Assembly (NCBI GenBank): GCA_030597375.1
Contig: JAUVRX010000001.1
Coordinates: 54,818 to 118,817 of the forward strand
Length of the DNA stretch: 64,000 bases
Direction of reading: 5' to 3'
DNA from: Acidobacteriota bacterium
Lineage (GTDB): Bacteria; Acidobacteriota; Thermoanaerobaculia; Multivoradales; JAHEKO01
Part shown: piece by piece, positions 14,968 through 24,691 of the stretch
Numbering within the stretch: position 1 is the stretch's first letter
Layout: every line of letters starts with the position of its first letter
Position numbers and translations under genes: made by a program
The notes under the pieces: generated by a model
The model's input: the letters and a program-made list of their open reading frames with translations, nothing else
Told to the model about the DNA's origin: nothing
Databases searched by the model: none

Positions 14968-17394
14968 GTGGCCACAGTCAAAGGGCTGGACGCCCAGGAG
15001 CTATACCGCCATTGCGACTTCGGCGATCTCCGTTTCGACACCACCGATGATCTCGGTGACCTACAAGGCCTTCTCGGTCAGCCCCGCGCTGAAGCGGCGA
15101 TCGAATTCGGCATCGGCATCGAGCATGAGGGCTACAACATCTTCGCCTTCGGGCCAACCGGTACCGGCAAACATACAGCGGTCAAGCAGTATCTCGAGGG
15201 AAAAGCTGCCACTGCGGAGATACCACCCGATCTCTGCTATGTGAACAACTTCGCAGAGCCTCACAAACCCAACATTCTTCAGCTTCCAGCCGGCCGTGGG
15301 AGCGAGCTCAAGAAAGCCATGCGCGGGCTTCTGGAAGAGGTCCGCACGGTTCTCGAGACGGCTCTGGAAAGCGAGGACTACCAGGCGCGCAAGCAGGTCC
15401 TCGAACAGCAGTTCGAGGAGCGGCAAGGCAAGACCCTGTCGGATCTCGGCGACAAGGCCGGCAAGAGGGGCCTGGCCCTGGTCCGTACGCCTGTCGGCAT
15501 CGTCTTCGCGCCGATGGGCGAAGAGGAGGTTCTCTCGCCCGAGGAGTACCAGAAGCTTCCAGACAAGAAGCGGGAGCGACTCGAGAAGGAGATCGAACGG
15601 CTCAAGGAGGAGCTTCAGAAGGTTCTTCGCCAGTTTCCGCGGTGGCAACGGCAGGCCAGCGAGGCGTTTCGCAAGCTCAACCTCGAAGTGAGTCGGTTCG
15701 CCGTCAATCCCCTCTTCGACGAGCTGCGCGAACAGTTCGAAGGGCTGGACCAGGTGCAGGCCTTCCTGGACGCGGCGGAGAGCGACATCGTGGAGAAGGC
15801 CGGTCGCCTCGGTTCCCGTGGTGAGAAAGCAGCTTCCATGGCCATGGACGAGATCTCGGGAGGGGACGACACCGAGAAACCGAGCCTGCGTCGGTATCGG
15901 GTCCATCTCATCGTGGATCATCGAGAGACCACCGGCGCTCCGGTGGTCTACGAAGACAATCCCACCTACCAGAACCTCTTCGGACGTGTCGAGCACATAC
16001 CGCAGATGGGCGCCGTGGTGACGGACTTCAATCTAATCAAGGCCGGGGCCTTGCACCGAGCCAACGGTGGGTACCTGCTGGTAGACGCTCTGAAGGTCCT
16101 GCAACAGCCCTATACCTATGAGGGTCTCAAGAGGGCCCTGCAATCGAGGAAGATCAAGATCGAGTCCCTGGGCGAGGCGATGAGCTTGATCAGCACCTAC
16201 TCGCTCGAGCCGGAGCCAGTCGACCTGGCGGTCAAGGTCGTTCTGCTGGGCAGCCCGATGGTCTACTACCTGCTGCCCAATCTGGATCCGGAGTTCGGTG
16301 AGCTGTTCAAGGTCGGCGCCGACTTCGCCGGAGTCATCGAGTGGAACGACGAAAACCAGGAGCTCTATGCCCGGCTCATCGCCAAGCTGGTGCGGGAGGA
16401 GGGTCTCCGTCCCTTCGATCGGGCAGCGGTAGCACGGGTCATCGAGCACAGCGCCCGCTCGGTCGGTGACGCCCAGAGGATGTCACTCCTCATGAGCCGC
16501 ATACTGGACCTCATGCGAGAGGCGGACCACTGGGCCGGGAATGGCGACAGACCCTCAGCGACCAGCGAAGATGTCCAGCGCGCCATCGACAATCGGGTCT
16601 TCCGAAGCGATCGCCTGCGCCAAAGAACCCAGGAGGAGATCGAGCGCCGCACCGTACTGTTGGACACCGAAGGTGAGCAGATCGGCCAGGTGAACGGGCT
16701 GTCGGTCATCCAGATGGGTGACTTCGCGTTCGGCAGGCCCAGCCGCATCACGGCCCGTGTTCGACTCGGCAAGGGCGAGGTGGTGGACATCGAGCGTGAG
16801 GTCGAGCTCTCCGGGCCGCTCCACTCCAAGGGTGTGCTGATCCTGACCGGGTTCCTGGGAGCGCGGTATGCGCCCCGCCGGCCCCTCTCTCTCTCCGCCA
16901 GCCTTGTATTCGAGCAATCCTACGGCGGTATCGACGGCGACAGCGCTTCTTCGGCCGAGCTCTACGCCCTGCTCTCCGCCATCGCCGGGGTGCCCATCCG
17001 CCAGTCTCTGGCCGTCACCGGCTCGGTCAACCAACTGGGGCAGATTCAAGCCATCGGCGGCGTCAACGAGAAGATCGAAGGCTTCTTCGACGTCTGCTCC
17101 CGCCGCCGCCTGACCGGTGACCAGGGAGTGCTGATCCCGGCTTCCAATACCCAACACCTCATGCTGCGCCAGGACGTGGTAGAGGCCGTCAGGGAGGGCA
17201 AGTTCCACATCTTTCCAGTGGAGACCGTGGACCAGGGAATCGCGTTGTTGACCGGCTGGAGCGCCGGTGAACCCGGAGAAGATGGAGGCTATCCCGAAGG
17301 CAGCCTGAACCAACGAGTCGTCGAGCGTCTCGAGCAGCTGGCGGCCGACGCGAAAGCCTTCTCCACCCCCCCGTTCATGAACAATGCGGGCTAA
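14968..17394 (+). CDS. Lon-like AAA+/S16 protease with large helical insertion (LonC-type / Lon-related ATP-dependent protease)
   Basis: ORF 14788..17394 trimmed to an in-frame GTG start (VATVKGLDAQELY; RBS agggggatgg). The first ~60 aa of the listed ORF look non-coding. Walker A (GPTGTGKHT) is followed by a ~180-aa charged coiled-coil insertion, then NGGYLLVD (Walker B region) and a C-terminal Lon S16 domain (GPLHSKGVLILTGFLGARYA...ASLVFEQSYGGIDGDSASSAELYALLSAIAGVPIRQSLAVTGSVNQLGQIQAIGGVNEKIEG). Confidence 0.8.
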   Translation: MATVKGLDAQELYRHCDFGDLRFDTTDDLGDLQGLLGQPRAEAAIEFGIGIEHEGYNIFAFGPTGTGKHTAVKQYLEGKAATAEIPPDLCYVNNFAEPHKPNILQLPAGRGSELKKAMRGLLEEVRTVLETALESEDYQARKQVLEQQFEERQGKTLSDLGDKAGKRGLALVRTPVGIVFAPMGEEEVLSPEEYQKLPDKKRERLEKEIERLKEELQKVLRQFPRWQRQASEAFRKLNLEVSRFAVNPLFDELREQFEGLDQVQAFLDAAESDIVEKAGRLGSRGEKAASMAMDEISGGDDTEKPSLRRYRVHLIVDHRETTGAPVVYEDNPTYQNLFGRVEHIPQMGAVVTDFNLIKAGALHRANGGYLLVDALKVLQQPYTYEGLKRALQSRKIKIESLGEAMSLISTYSLEPEPVDLAVKVVLLGSPMVYYLLPNLDPEFGELFKVGADFAGVIEWNDENQELYARLIAKLVREEGLRPFDRAAVARVIEHSARSVGDAQRMSLLMSRILDLMREADHWAGNGDRPSATSEDVQRAIDNRVFRSDRLRQRTQEEIERRTVLLDTEGEQIGQVNGLSVIQMGDFAFGRPSRITARVRLGKGEVVDIEREVELSGPLHSKGVLILTGFLGARYAPRRPLSLSASLVFEQSYGGIDGDSASSAELYALLSAIAGVPIRQSLAVTGSVNQLGQIQAIGGVNEKIEGFFDVCSRRRLTGDQGVLIPASNTQHLMLRQDVVEAVREGKFHIFPVETVDQGIALLTGWSAGEPGEDGGYPEGSLNQRVVERLEQLAADAKAFSTPPFMNNAG

Positions 17395-17425
17395 GGGCTC
17401 GAGGGCGTAGGGGCGTAATCGGTGC
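17380..17425. repeat. mosaic short repeat (family B core tcatgaacaatgcgggcta + agggcgtagggg module) overlapping the Lon-like stop codon
   Basis: ttcatgaacaatgcgggctaagggctcgagggcgtaggggcg; compare 29404, 40630 and 49864 for the core, and 40651 and 61046 for the gggcgtagggg module. Confidence 0.35.
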
Positions 17426-17456
17426 CGGGGCGGCGAAGGGGTCGGCAGCTGAAGAG

Positions 17457-19154
17457 TCAGAACCCGGCCGCCTGGCCGTCCTTGCGGGACTCGGAGGCGC
17501 CGTAATAGACGCCCTGGTCGGCATCGAAGAGGATGGCCTGGTAACCCCCGTAAGGCCCGACGTCCCAACCCACGGAGTGACCTCGCTCCACCAACTCACG
17601 GATCGTCGCATAGGGAAAACCGGACTCCAGAGTCACCGTCCCCCCGTCGATCATCTTCTCTCCGGTCGGCTGAGAGGAGCCCTGATGCAGAATCCTCGGG
17701 GCGTCGCCCGCCTCCTGCAGGTTCATCCCGAAATCGACCATGTTGATGACGATCTGGGCATGGGCCTGGGGCTGCGTCGCACCTCCCATCACGCCGAAGC
17801 TCATATAGGGCTCCCCATTCCTGGTGACGAAGGCCGGAATGATGGTGTGGAAAGGGCGCTTGTGGGGCTCATAGGTGTTGAACTGCCCCTCCTCGAGGGT
17901 GAAGAGCTCCCCACGATCCTGGAGGATGAAACCCAGGCCGTCCGGTGACAGTCCGGTACCCATTCCGCGGTAGTTGGACTGGATCAGGGAGACCATGTTG
18001 CGGTCCTTGTCGGCCACGGTCAGGTAGATCGTGTCTCCCTCTTGAAGCGCCGGGTTGCCCGCTTCGAAGCTCTCCGCCGCGCGCTCCGGATCGATGAGTC
18101 GACGCCGCCGAGCCGCATACTCCTTGGAGATGAGCTCTTGAACCGGAATGTCATTGAAATCGGGGTCGGCGTACCAGCGGGCCCGATCCTCGAAGACCAG
18201 CTTCTTGGCCTCCACGAAGTAGTGGACGTAGTCGGCGCTGCCGAATCCCATGGCCGACAGATCGTAGGACTCGAGGATGTTCAGGATCTGCAGCGCCGCG
18301 ATGCCCTGGCCATTGGGGGGCAGCTCCCAGACCTCATAGCCGCGGTAGTCGGTAGAAACCGGCTCCACCCATTCGGAGGTGTGCTCCGCCAGATCTCGAT
18401 AGGAAAGGAAACCGCCCTCACGCTTCATGAACGCATCGATGGCGAGAGCGACGTCTCCCTTGTAGAAGACATCCCTGCCGCCCTCGGCGATCTGCTGGAG
18501 CGTCTTCGCCAGAGCCGGATTGCGGAAGATCTCTCCCTTCCGAGGCGCCCTTCCACCCGGCATGAACACCTCCCGGAAACCGGCCCAGACCTCGAGGGTC
18601 GGGACGCTTCGCTGCCAGTAGTAGGCAATCAATTCACTGACCGGAAAGCCCTCTTGCGCATATCGGATCGCCGGCGCCAGGACCTGCTTCATGGGCAGCT
18701 TGCCGAAGCGCTCGTGCAGCTCGAACCAACCGTCCACCGCACCCGGCACGGTAACCGGCAAGGGGCCATGGCTGGGGATCGACTCCAGACCCTGTTCCTG
18801 GAGCCACGCCAAGGTGAGCGAATAAGGCGAACGCCCACTGGCATTGAGCCCGTACAGCTTCCGGCTTTCGGCATCCCAGACGATGGCGAACAAGTCGCCA
18901 CCGATGCCGTTCCCGGTGGGCTCCACAAGGCCCAACATGGCGTTGGCTGCGATCGCTGCATCGACCGCACTGCCGCCCTGCTTCAGGATGTCGAGGGCCA
19001 CCTGCGTAGCCAGCGGCTGGCTGGTAGCCGCCATGGCATGCGGGGCGATCACCTCCGATCGCGTCGCAAAGGCCTTGCCGGTGATGCGGTCGGCGGCGCT
19101 CAGACTGACGGCCACAAGGGCGACACTTCCGATCAGTAGCAGGACTCGCTTCAT
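17457..19154 (-). CDS. ggt: gamma-glutamyltranspeptidase (secreted)
   Basis: ORF 17457..19673 trimmed to MKRVLLLIGSVALVAVSLSA (signal peptide; RBS gagggtga). GGT motifs are present: TGNGIGGDLFAIVWD and TIYLTVADKDRNMVSLIQSNY with the autoprocessing Thr region, then GGATQPQAHAQ. Confidence 0.9.
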   Translation of the reverse strand: MKRVLLLIGSVALVAVSLSAADRITGKAFATRSEVIAPHAMAATSQPLATQVALDILKQGGSAVDAAIAANAMLGLVEPTGNGIGGDLFAIVWDAESRKLYGLNASGRSPYSLTLAWLQEQGLESIPSHGPLPVTVPGAVDGWFELHERFGKLPMKQVLAPAIRYAQEGFPVSELIAYYWQRSVPTLEVWAGFREVFMPGGRAPRKGEIFRNPALAKTLQQIAEGGRDVFYKGDVALAIDAFMKREGGFLSYRDLAEHTSEWVEPVSTDYRGYEVWELPPNGQGIAALQILNILESYDLSAMGFGSADYVHYFVEAKKLVFEDRARWYADPDFNDIPVQELISKEYAARRRRLIDPERAAESFEAGNPALQEGDTIYLTVADKDRNMVSLIQSNYRGMGTGLSPDGLGFILQDRGELFTLEEGQFNTYEPHKRPFHTIIPAFVTRNGEPYMSFGVMGGATQPQAHAQIVINMVDFGMNLQEAGDAPRILHQGSSQPTGEKMIDGGTVTLESGFPYATIRELVERGHSVGWDVGPYGGYQAILFDADQGVYYGASESRKDGQAAGF

Positions 19155-19332
19155 GACATTCACCCTCGCGTTTTCGTTCAGGCCTCTCAGCCGGGTCTCT
19201 TCAAGTCTCTTCAAGGCGTCGAGGCTCTGGCCGCAAGCCTGCCTTCTGCCTGCACCTGATCCAGGACAAGCGAGGCTTCGCAGCCGTAGACTGCAGCCAG
19301 CGCAAGACCTCAGCGCGCAGCGGCACGGACTC

Positions 19333-19584
19333 CTAGCCGACGGTTCTGTCCAGCACTTCGCGTGGGATCTTCCATCCCACGGGCTCGCCGTCGCAGAAGA
19401 CGTTTCCGTCGCTGTCGGCTTCGAACTCGACGACGTCGTCGGACTCCCAGTCCTCAGGAGATCGCAGAGCGTATCCAGACTCCGTTCCGCAAACCAGGAA
19501 CTCTCGTCCATCCGGCGCTTTCCAGGCGATGGCCTGGGTTTCTCGATCGAACGCGTCTCGGTACCGCACGTTGGAACCACCCAT
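19333..19584 (-). CDS. small acidic hypothetical protein (83 aa)
   Basis: Internal Met of ORF 19333..19809, MGGSNVRYRDAFDRETQAIAWKAPDGREFLVCGTESG..., preceded by a strong RBS aaggagg at the correct spacing. No family recognised. Confidence 0.45.
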   Translation of the reverse strand: MGGSNVRYRDAFDRETQAIAWKAPDGREFLVCGTESGYALRSPEDWESDDVVEFEADSDGNVFCDGEPVGWKIPREVLDRTVG

Positions 19585-19715
19585 CGACGCCTCCTTTCGT
19601 TGCGGACCGGCCGGGGCCGCTGCCAGACAGCCGGCCTCTGCTTCAACCATAGGGGAACCCCAGGATACAGCAAACATACAAACAGGTAGAACCCACACTA
19701 CCCCCCGGGGTAGCT

Positions 19716-20948
19716 TCAGGAGCCGGACCCCAGACCACCGAAGACGAAGATCAGCTGAGCCAGGCCGGCAAGCAGACCGAGCACCCCTCCCAGCAGGATG
19801 AGCTTCCACTCGTCTTCCTGAAAGCAGGGACGCAACAGGTCCTGAAACTCATCAGGCGGCAGCTGCACCATCCTCTCTCGCAGCAGCTCCTCGAGGACAC
19901 CGGCCCGATCTTCGGTGAAACCCCAGTGCTTGAACGGCTCGATCGAGACCTCGACCGCCTTGTCCCCCACCGACTCCCGAATGTCCTCGAGGCGCGAGCC
20001 GACCGTGAGCTCCGCAGCCGGCAAGAACCCTCCCAGAGCCTCGTCCGCTATGGGCTCGATGTGCCGTTTGATCAGGGCTTCGACCGTTTCGGACCTGGGG
20101 CCGGTCAGCATGGCTTCGATGATCTGTCGCAGGGTTACGACCTCTCTGGTGACGAGATGGGTCCAGATGGTCGCTACCTCCTCCTGGCGCTTCAGGAAGA
20201 GCCCCTGAACCGTCCACGGACCGATCTTTTTGGGATGCAGAGGCCGGAAGATCAGGTTGATGGCAATCCAGTTCGTCGCATAGCCAACCAGGGCGCCAAA
20301 GAAGGGCAGCACCCACCACCCCTGGTAAAAGACCCAAACGATCAATTGTACGAGGCCGAAGATGCCCCCGAAGTAGAGCCCCGACCGGATAATGAACTTG
20401 AACTCCTCTTCACCCGATTCGATGAAGAGTCGGTTCAACAGCGCCTTGTCCCCTTCGAGCTCAGTCACCAGCATGTGCTTGAAGTCCACCAGTTCCTCGA
20501 TCTGCTCGCCGATGTCCTGCATCAGATCGTGCACCAGGGCGGGCATCTCCTGGCGCACACGAGAGTGGATCCGGCCCTTCACCAGCGAGGGGAGCGAACG
20601 CCAGAGGGCGCCGTGGCCGCCATAGAACATGACCTCGTCCGTGTACCCATCGAGGCGCGGCTCGATCACTTCGGTGATGTGATCGGCCATCGCCTCGGGA
20701 TCCATCTGTTGAAAGATCTCACCCAGTGTTCCGAGGCGGAACATCGTGGTCTCCGCAAAAAGCCCTGCCATCTTGCCGGCCTTGGACGGAATGATCCCCT
20801 GCCAGCCCAGATATGGACGAATGCCCCGAAACTCCAACGGCAGGAAGGTCATCTTGATGGCCACCCAATTGGTGGCCCAGCCGACCAGGCCCGCCACGAA
20901 TGGGATCGAGACGTGCTTCCAGAATTCGAGGTCGCGCAGGAGGTCCAT
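19716..20948 (-). CDS. DUF445-family membrane protein
   Basis: 410 aa with the two characteristic repeats GWATNWVAIKMTF and GYATNWIAINLIFRP, each followed by a TM segment. Confidence 0.7.
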   Translation of the reverse strand: MDLLRDLEFWKHVSIPFVAGLVGWATNWVAIKMTFLPLEFRGIRPYLGWQGIIPSKAGKMAGLFAETTMFRLGTLGEIFQQMDPEAMADHITEVIEPRLDGYTDEVMFYGGHGALWRSLPSLVKGRIHSRVRQEMPALVHDLMQDIGEQIEELVDFKHMLVTELEGDKALLNRLFIESGEEEFKFIIRSGLYFGGIFGLVQLIVWVFYQGWWVLPFFGALVGYATNWIAINLIFRPLHPKKIGPWTVQGLFLKRQEEVATIWTHLVTREVVTLRQIIEAMLTGPRSETVEALIKRHIEPIADEALGGFLPAAELTVGSRLEDIRESVGDKAVEVSIEPFKHWGFTEDRAGVLEELLRERMVQLPPDEFQDLLRPCFQEDEWKLILLGGVLGLLAGLAQLIFVFGGLGSGS

Positions 20949-20978
20949 AGGGTTCAGCCGAAAGAAGAAACGCTCCGG

Positions 20979-22382
20979 TCAGTGCTCATCAGCCAGATCC
21001 AGCATGGCCGAGAACTCCTCGTGGAGTCCGGTCACGATGGCCTCGGGGTCGGCCACCAGCCCCTCGTCGGTAGCAATACCGATTCGGACCTGACCGGCGT
21101 AGCTACCGATGGCGATACCCATGCCCAACCTGCCAGACTGCGGCACCCATAAGACGAAGCTGCGGATCGGCTTACCCGTCAGGTAGAGGGGTTCTTCGGG
21201 ACCGGGCACATTGGTGAGAACTGCGGTTCCCTTGGTACCGAAGATCTTCACCACGAGCTCCTGGATCTTCTTCGGCGACGCCCCCAATGCCCCCAGCACC
21301 TGCAAGACCACCACCGGCTCGAAGGAGTGCTTCAGTCGACCCATACGACGCTGGAGCTCCGCCAGGCGCTGCCGGGGATCCTCGATGCCGACCGGCAGCG
21401 AGAGGAAGACGAGGCCGAACCGATTGCCGAGCTGCGCCATCTCCTCCAGCGGCCTCAGGCTCACCGGGACGAGGGCTCGGAAGCTGAGCGTCTGCTTCAC
21501 CTCCCCCTTGCCGGCGAGATAGCGTCTCAGGCCCCCTGCGACGGCATTGGTCAGCACGTCGTTCAGCGTCCCGCCAAGTGCCTCGCGTACTCTTCGCACG
21601 TCCTCCAGAGAGATCGGGTCCGACCAGGCCGCTCTCTTTGGCACGCCCAGGCGACCCTTGAATAGCGTCCGTGTGTCCGGGAGGCGCACCGCCATCCGAC
21701 CAAAAGTAGGGACGAAGACCCCGCTCTTGATCCACTTGCTGACGGACGCGAGCTGCTCGGCCGGACCGGTCAGAAGCCGCACCGCGGCCGGCATCACCTG
21801 CTCGAGATGGCGTCGGGCCTCCTCCTTGCCGGGTGGATCTTCGCCGAACAGGAACCTCAATGGGTTGACGGATCCCTGCGCTTCCTCGGCTCCCGAATCA
21901 TGAGTCGGCTCCAACTCCGTTATCGAAAGCAGCACCAGCATGAGCACCAGCCCGTCTCCCATGCAGTGATGGATCCGCCAGAGCATCGCAGTGCCACCTT
22001 TGTAGTCGTGAACCAGGTGGCACATCCAAAGCGGCCTCGAGCGGTCCAAAGGCGAGCTCATCCAGCGACTCACCAGATCCTGCAGCGCTGCATCGTCTCC
22101 CGGTGAAGGCAACGCCTCCTCGACCAGATGGGCGTCGATGTCGAAGCTCGGATCGAGCTGCCACGAGAACCTCTGTCGCCGTCCCGACTGAACCACCCGC
22201 TGCCGAAAGCGTGGAATCACGAGTAGTCGCTCTTCCAGAACCTGCTTTACTTCCTCCAGAACCAGCGGCTGATCGAAGAACAGGACACCGTTGATCATCA
22301 TCAGGTTGTCCGGTTCGTCCATGCGCAGCCATGCGTGGTCCACCCGCTTCATCTTCTCTGGAGACACCTGGACTGGACTCAT
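20979..22382 (-). CDS. wax ester synthase / diacylglycerol O-acyltransferase (WS/DGAT) family
   Basis: 467 aa with the active-site motif HHCMGDG (HHxxxDG) near residue 130 and a C-terminal DUF1298-like region. Confidence 0.8.
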   Translation of the reverse strand: MSPVQVSPEKMKRVDHAWLRMDEPDNLMMINGVLFFDQPLVLEEVKQVLEERLLVIPRFRQRVVQSGRRQRFSWQLDPSFDIDAHLVEEALPSPGDDAALQDLVSRWMSSPLDRSRPLWMCHLVHDYKGGTAMLWRIHHCMGDGLVLMLVLLSITELEPTHDSGAEEAQGSVNPLRFLFGEDPPGKEEARRHLEQVMPAAVRLLTGPAEQLASVSKWIKSGVFVPTFGRMAVRLPDTRTLFKGRLGVPKRAAWSDPISLEDVRRVREALGGTLNDVLTNAVAGGLRRYLAGKGEVKQTLSFRALVPVSLRPLEEMAQLGNRFGLVFLSLPVGIEDPRQRLAELQRRMGRLKHSFEPVVVLQVLGALGASPKKIQELVVKIFGTKGTAVLTNVPGPEEPLYLTGKPIRSFVLWVPQSGRLGMGIAIGSYAGQVRIGIATDEGLVADPEAIVTGLHEEFSAMLDLADEH

Positions 22383-22557
22383 GACCCCACCTCCACCTGG
22401 ACTGGACTACCGACTCGAATCTAGTTTAACGAAAAGACTCCCCTGGACGGCGCAGGGATCTCCGGCCTCCGGTGTTCCATGAATAGGAGCCAGAGTGAAA
22501 CGCAAGTTCGGAAACAAGAAACTCGACTCAGAATCATCAAGAAAAGGAGCCATCGAA

Positions 22558-23070
22558 ATGCGTCACAGAATTCTCGCAACCGCTGCCATAGGTCTGATGG
22601 TCCTGCCGATGGCCGTTTATTCTCAGCCTCATGGAGGGAAAGGCTTTTTTCAACCCGAAGGGGAGCACTTTCCGGGTGGCGACCGTCGCCTCGAAGCTGC
22701 GGCCGAGTACCTGGAGCTGACCGACGGACAGCAAGTTGAATGGGAAGGGATTCTCGAACGCCATAGGGAGACTGTGCGCCTGGAGTGGCAGGGTCTGGCC
22801 GAGCTCCGGCAGCAGTTTCGGGACCTGGCGGAGACCGAGAACCCCGATCTCGCCGAGCTTGGAGGCATCGCACTGGCGATGCACCGAGGTACCGAAGCCA
22901 GGCGCGACATGCGGTCGGACTTCCACGCAGAGCTGCAATCGATCCTGACTCCTGAACAGGCGGAGAAGTTCGAAGCTCTCCAGGCTGCGAGAGAGACTGT
23001 TCGGCCTCGAGGCGAGCGGCGACGCCCACATCACGGGGCAAGATCCGGCTCGGGTGGCTGGGCCGACTGA
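22558..23070 (+). CDS. periplasmic Spy/CpxP-like (LTXXQ motif) protein
   Basis: ORF 22495..23070 trimmed to MRHRILATAAIGLMVLPMAVYS (signal peptide; RBS aaaggag). It contains LTDGQQ and LTPEQ motifs. Confidence 0.65.
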   Translation: MRHRILATAAIGLMVLPMAVYSQPHGGKGFFQPEGEHFPGGDRRLEAAAEYLELTDGQQVEWEGILERHRETVRLEWQGLAELRQQFRDLAETENPDLAELGGIALAMHRGTEARRDMRSDFHAELQSILTPEQAEKFEALQAARETVRPRGERRRPHHGARSGSGGWAD

Positions 23071-23255
23071 GGCAAAGCCATGGCGGGGCCCTCCCCCTCT
23101 GGAGGGCTCCGCCTGTCCCGGAGCGAGCTCATTCGCCGGTCGCCGCCTCGACCCTCCTTGCCCTTGCGGCATTGCAGAGCCCCTCCCCAGCCGTTACTAT
23201 TTCAAAGGAGACGGATTTCCCCCGGGAAGTCTGCCAACGGGACCCCGGAGTTGCC

Positions 23256-24179
23256 ATGGCTGGTTCCGACCCTTCACCGTCCGAAGCGGGGACGGTCGTC
23301 GCTGCTACCGATCTCTCTGAGACCGCGAATGCTGGAGTTCGCTGGGCCGTTCAGGTCGCCAGACAGAGAGGCTCCGCGCTCCACCTGATCCACGGTCTCA
23401 ATCTGGCCGGCTGGACCCTGGACTACAGCGAGCTCCAGGCCAAGATCCCGGTGCAGTTGGAGGATGCCGCCAGAGAGCATCTCGATCGAATCGCCCGAGA
23501 GACGAGGCAACAGGGGGTAGCCGCCACCTGGGAAGTGAGAATCGGCCAACCCTCCGAGATCATCGTCGGGGAGGCCCAGCGGTTGAACGCCGAGTTGCTG
23601 GTTCTCGGCGCCAGAGGGCATCGACCCCTCGATCATGTCCTTCTCGGGAGCACGGCCGAGCGGGTCGTACAGAGGGCGACCTGCGCCGTGCTCACGGTTC
23701 ATCTTGAAGATCCCCCGCCTACGGGCAGGGTCCGCCGTATCCTCTCGGCGACGGATTTCTCGGAGGAAGCGGAGTGGGCTCTCCGGGCTTCGCTCGAGCT
23801 CTTCACTGAAGCCGACTCGGTTCCTCCAACGGTCGTGCTGCTGCACGCCTACCACGTGCCCTACGAGCTCAGCATGGATAGTATCTACGGCCCAGCAGCA
23901 CCCGACGCATCGGTCTGGAAGGCTGTCGCCAGGGAGGTGGAGAGTCGCCTGGAAGGACGTGTACAGGCCCTCGAGGCCGACCTGGGAATCGACATCGTGC
24001 CGTTGAGCCGAAGCGGATTCCCACCTCAAGTGATTGTCCAGCAGGCCGTCGAGTCGGCCGTCGATCTGATCGTTTTGGGAACTCACGGTCGTACCGGCCT
24101 GGCCCACGTACTGCTGGGAAGCACCGCGGAGCGAGTCATACAGATGGCTCAGTGCCCCGTGCTCACGGTCCGTAGATAG
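23256..24179 (+). CDS. tandem universal stress protein (2 x UspA domain)
   Basis: ORF 23172..24179 trimmed to MAGSDPS. Both halves end in the UspA signature (VLGARGHRPLDHVLLGSTAERVVQRATCAVLTV and VLGTHGRTGLAHVLLGSTAERVIQMAQCPVLTV). Confidence 0.8.
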   Translation: MAGSDPSPSEAGTVVAATDLSETANAGVRWAVQVARQRGSALHLIHGLNLAGWTLDYSELQAKIPVQLEDAAREHLDRIARETRQQGVAATWEVRIGQPSEIIVGEAQRLNAELLVLGARGHRPLDHVLLGSTAERVVQRATCAVLTVHLEDPPPTGRVRRILSATDFSEEAEWALRASLELFTEADSVPPTVVLLHAYHVPYELSMDSIYGPAAPDASVWKAVAREVESRLEGRVQALEADLGIDIVPLSRSGFPPQVIVQQAVESAVDLIVLGTHGRTGLAHVLLGSTAERVIQMAQCPVLTVRR

Positions 24180-24220
24180 ATGGACGAATCGAAGCGTTTC
24201 GACCTCGGAAGGAGAGAATC

Positions 24221-24691
24221 ATGCCGCTACAGAAGCTGCGAGAGTTTCTCGACCAGAACAGTGTCAAGTACGTCAGTGTCAGCCATTCACCCGCCTACAC
24301 CGCCCAGGAGATCGCTGCCTCGGCCCACATACCGGGTCAGGAGCTGGCCAAGACGGTCATGGTGAAGCTCGACGGCGAGATGGCCATGGCCGTGCTGCCT
24401 GCCTCCTTCAAGGTGGATCTCGAGCAGCTCCGCTCTGCCGCCGGCGCGACCGAAGTCGCTCTGGCCACGGAAGATGAGTTCAGGGGTCTTTTCCCCGGCT
24501 GCGAGCCTGGAGCGATGCCACCTTTCGGCAATCTCTGGAACATGTCGGTCTTCGCTTGCGAGACCCTGGCGGAGGACGAGGAGATCGCCTTCAACGCCGG
24601 GTCCCACACGGAGCTGGTGAAACTCGCGTTCGTCGACTTCGCCAGGCTGGTGAACCCCAAGGTGACTCGCTTCTCCACCACGGAATCCTAG
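24221..24691 (+). CDS. YbaK/EbsC (ProX)-type aminoacyl-tRNA deacylase domain protein
   Basis: 156 aa with RBS ggaaggagag. The fold is YbaK-like (KTVMVKLDGEMAMAVLP...). Its stop codon lies inside the left arm of the repeat element. Confidence 0.65.
   Translation: MPLQKLREFLDQNSVKYVSVSHSPAYTAQEIAASAHIPGQELAKTVMVKLDGEMAMAVLPASFKVDLEQLRSAAGATEVALATEDEFRGLFPGCEPGAMPPFGNLWNMSVFACETLAEDEEIAFNAGSHTELVKLAFVDFARLVNPKVTRFSTTES

Noticed and set aside
14968-17394. Possible BrxL (BREX defence Lon-like protease)
   Set aside because: The AAA+ and Lon architecture is similar, but there are no brxA/B/C, pglX or pglZ genes or any methyltransferase in the window. Calling a defence system from one gene is not justified.
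23088-23107. Hairpin gccctcc-ccctct-ggagggc after the Spy-like gene as a terminator
   Set aside because: A 7-bp stem is present, but no T-tract follows, so it was not annotated as an intrinsic terminator.
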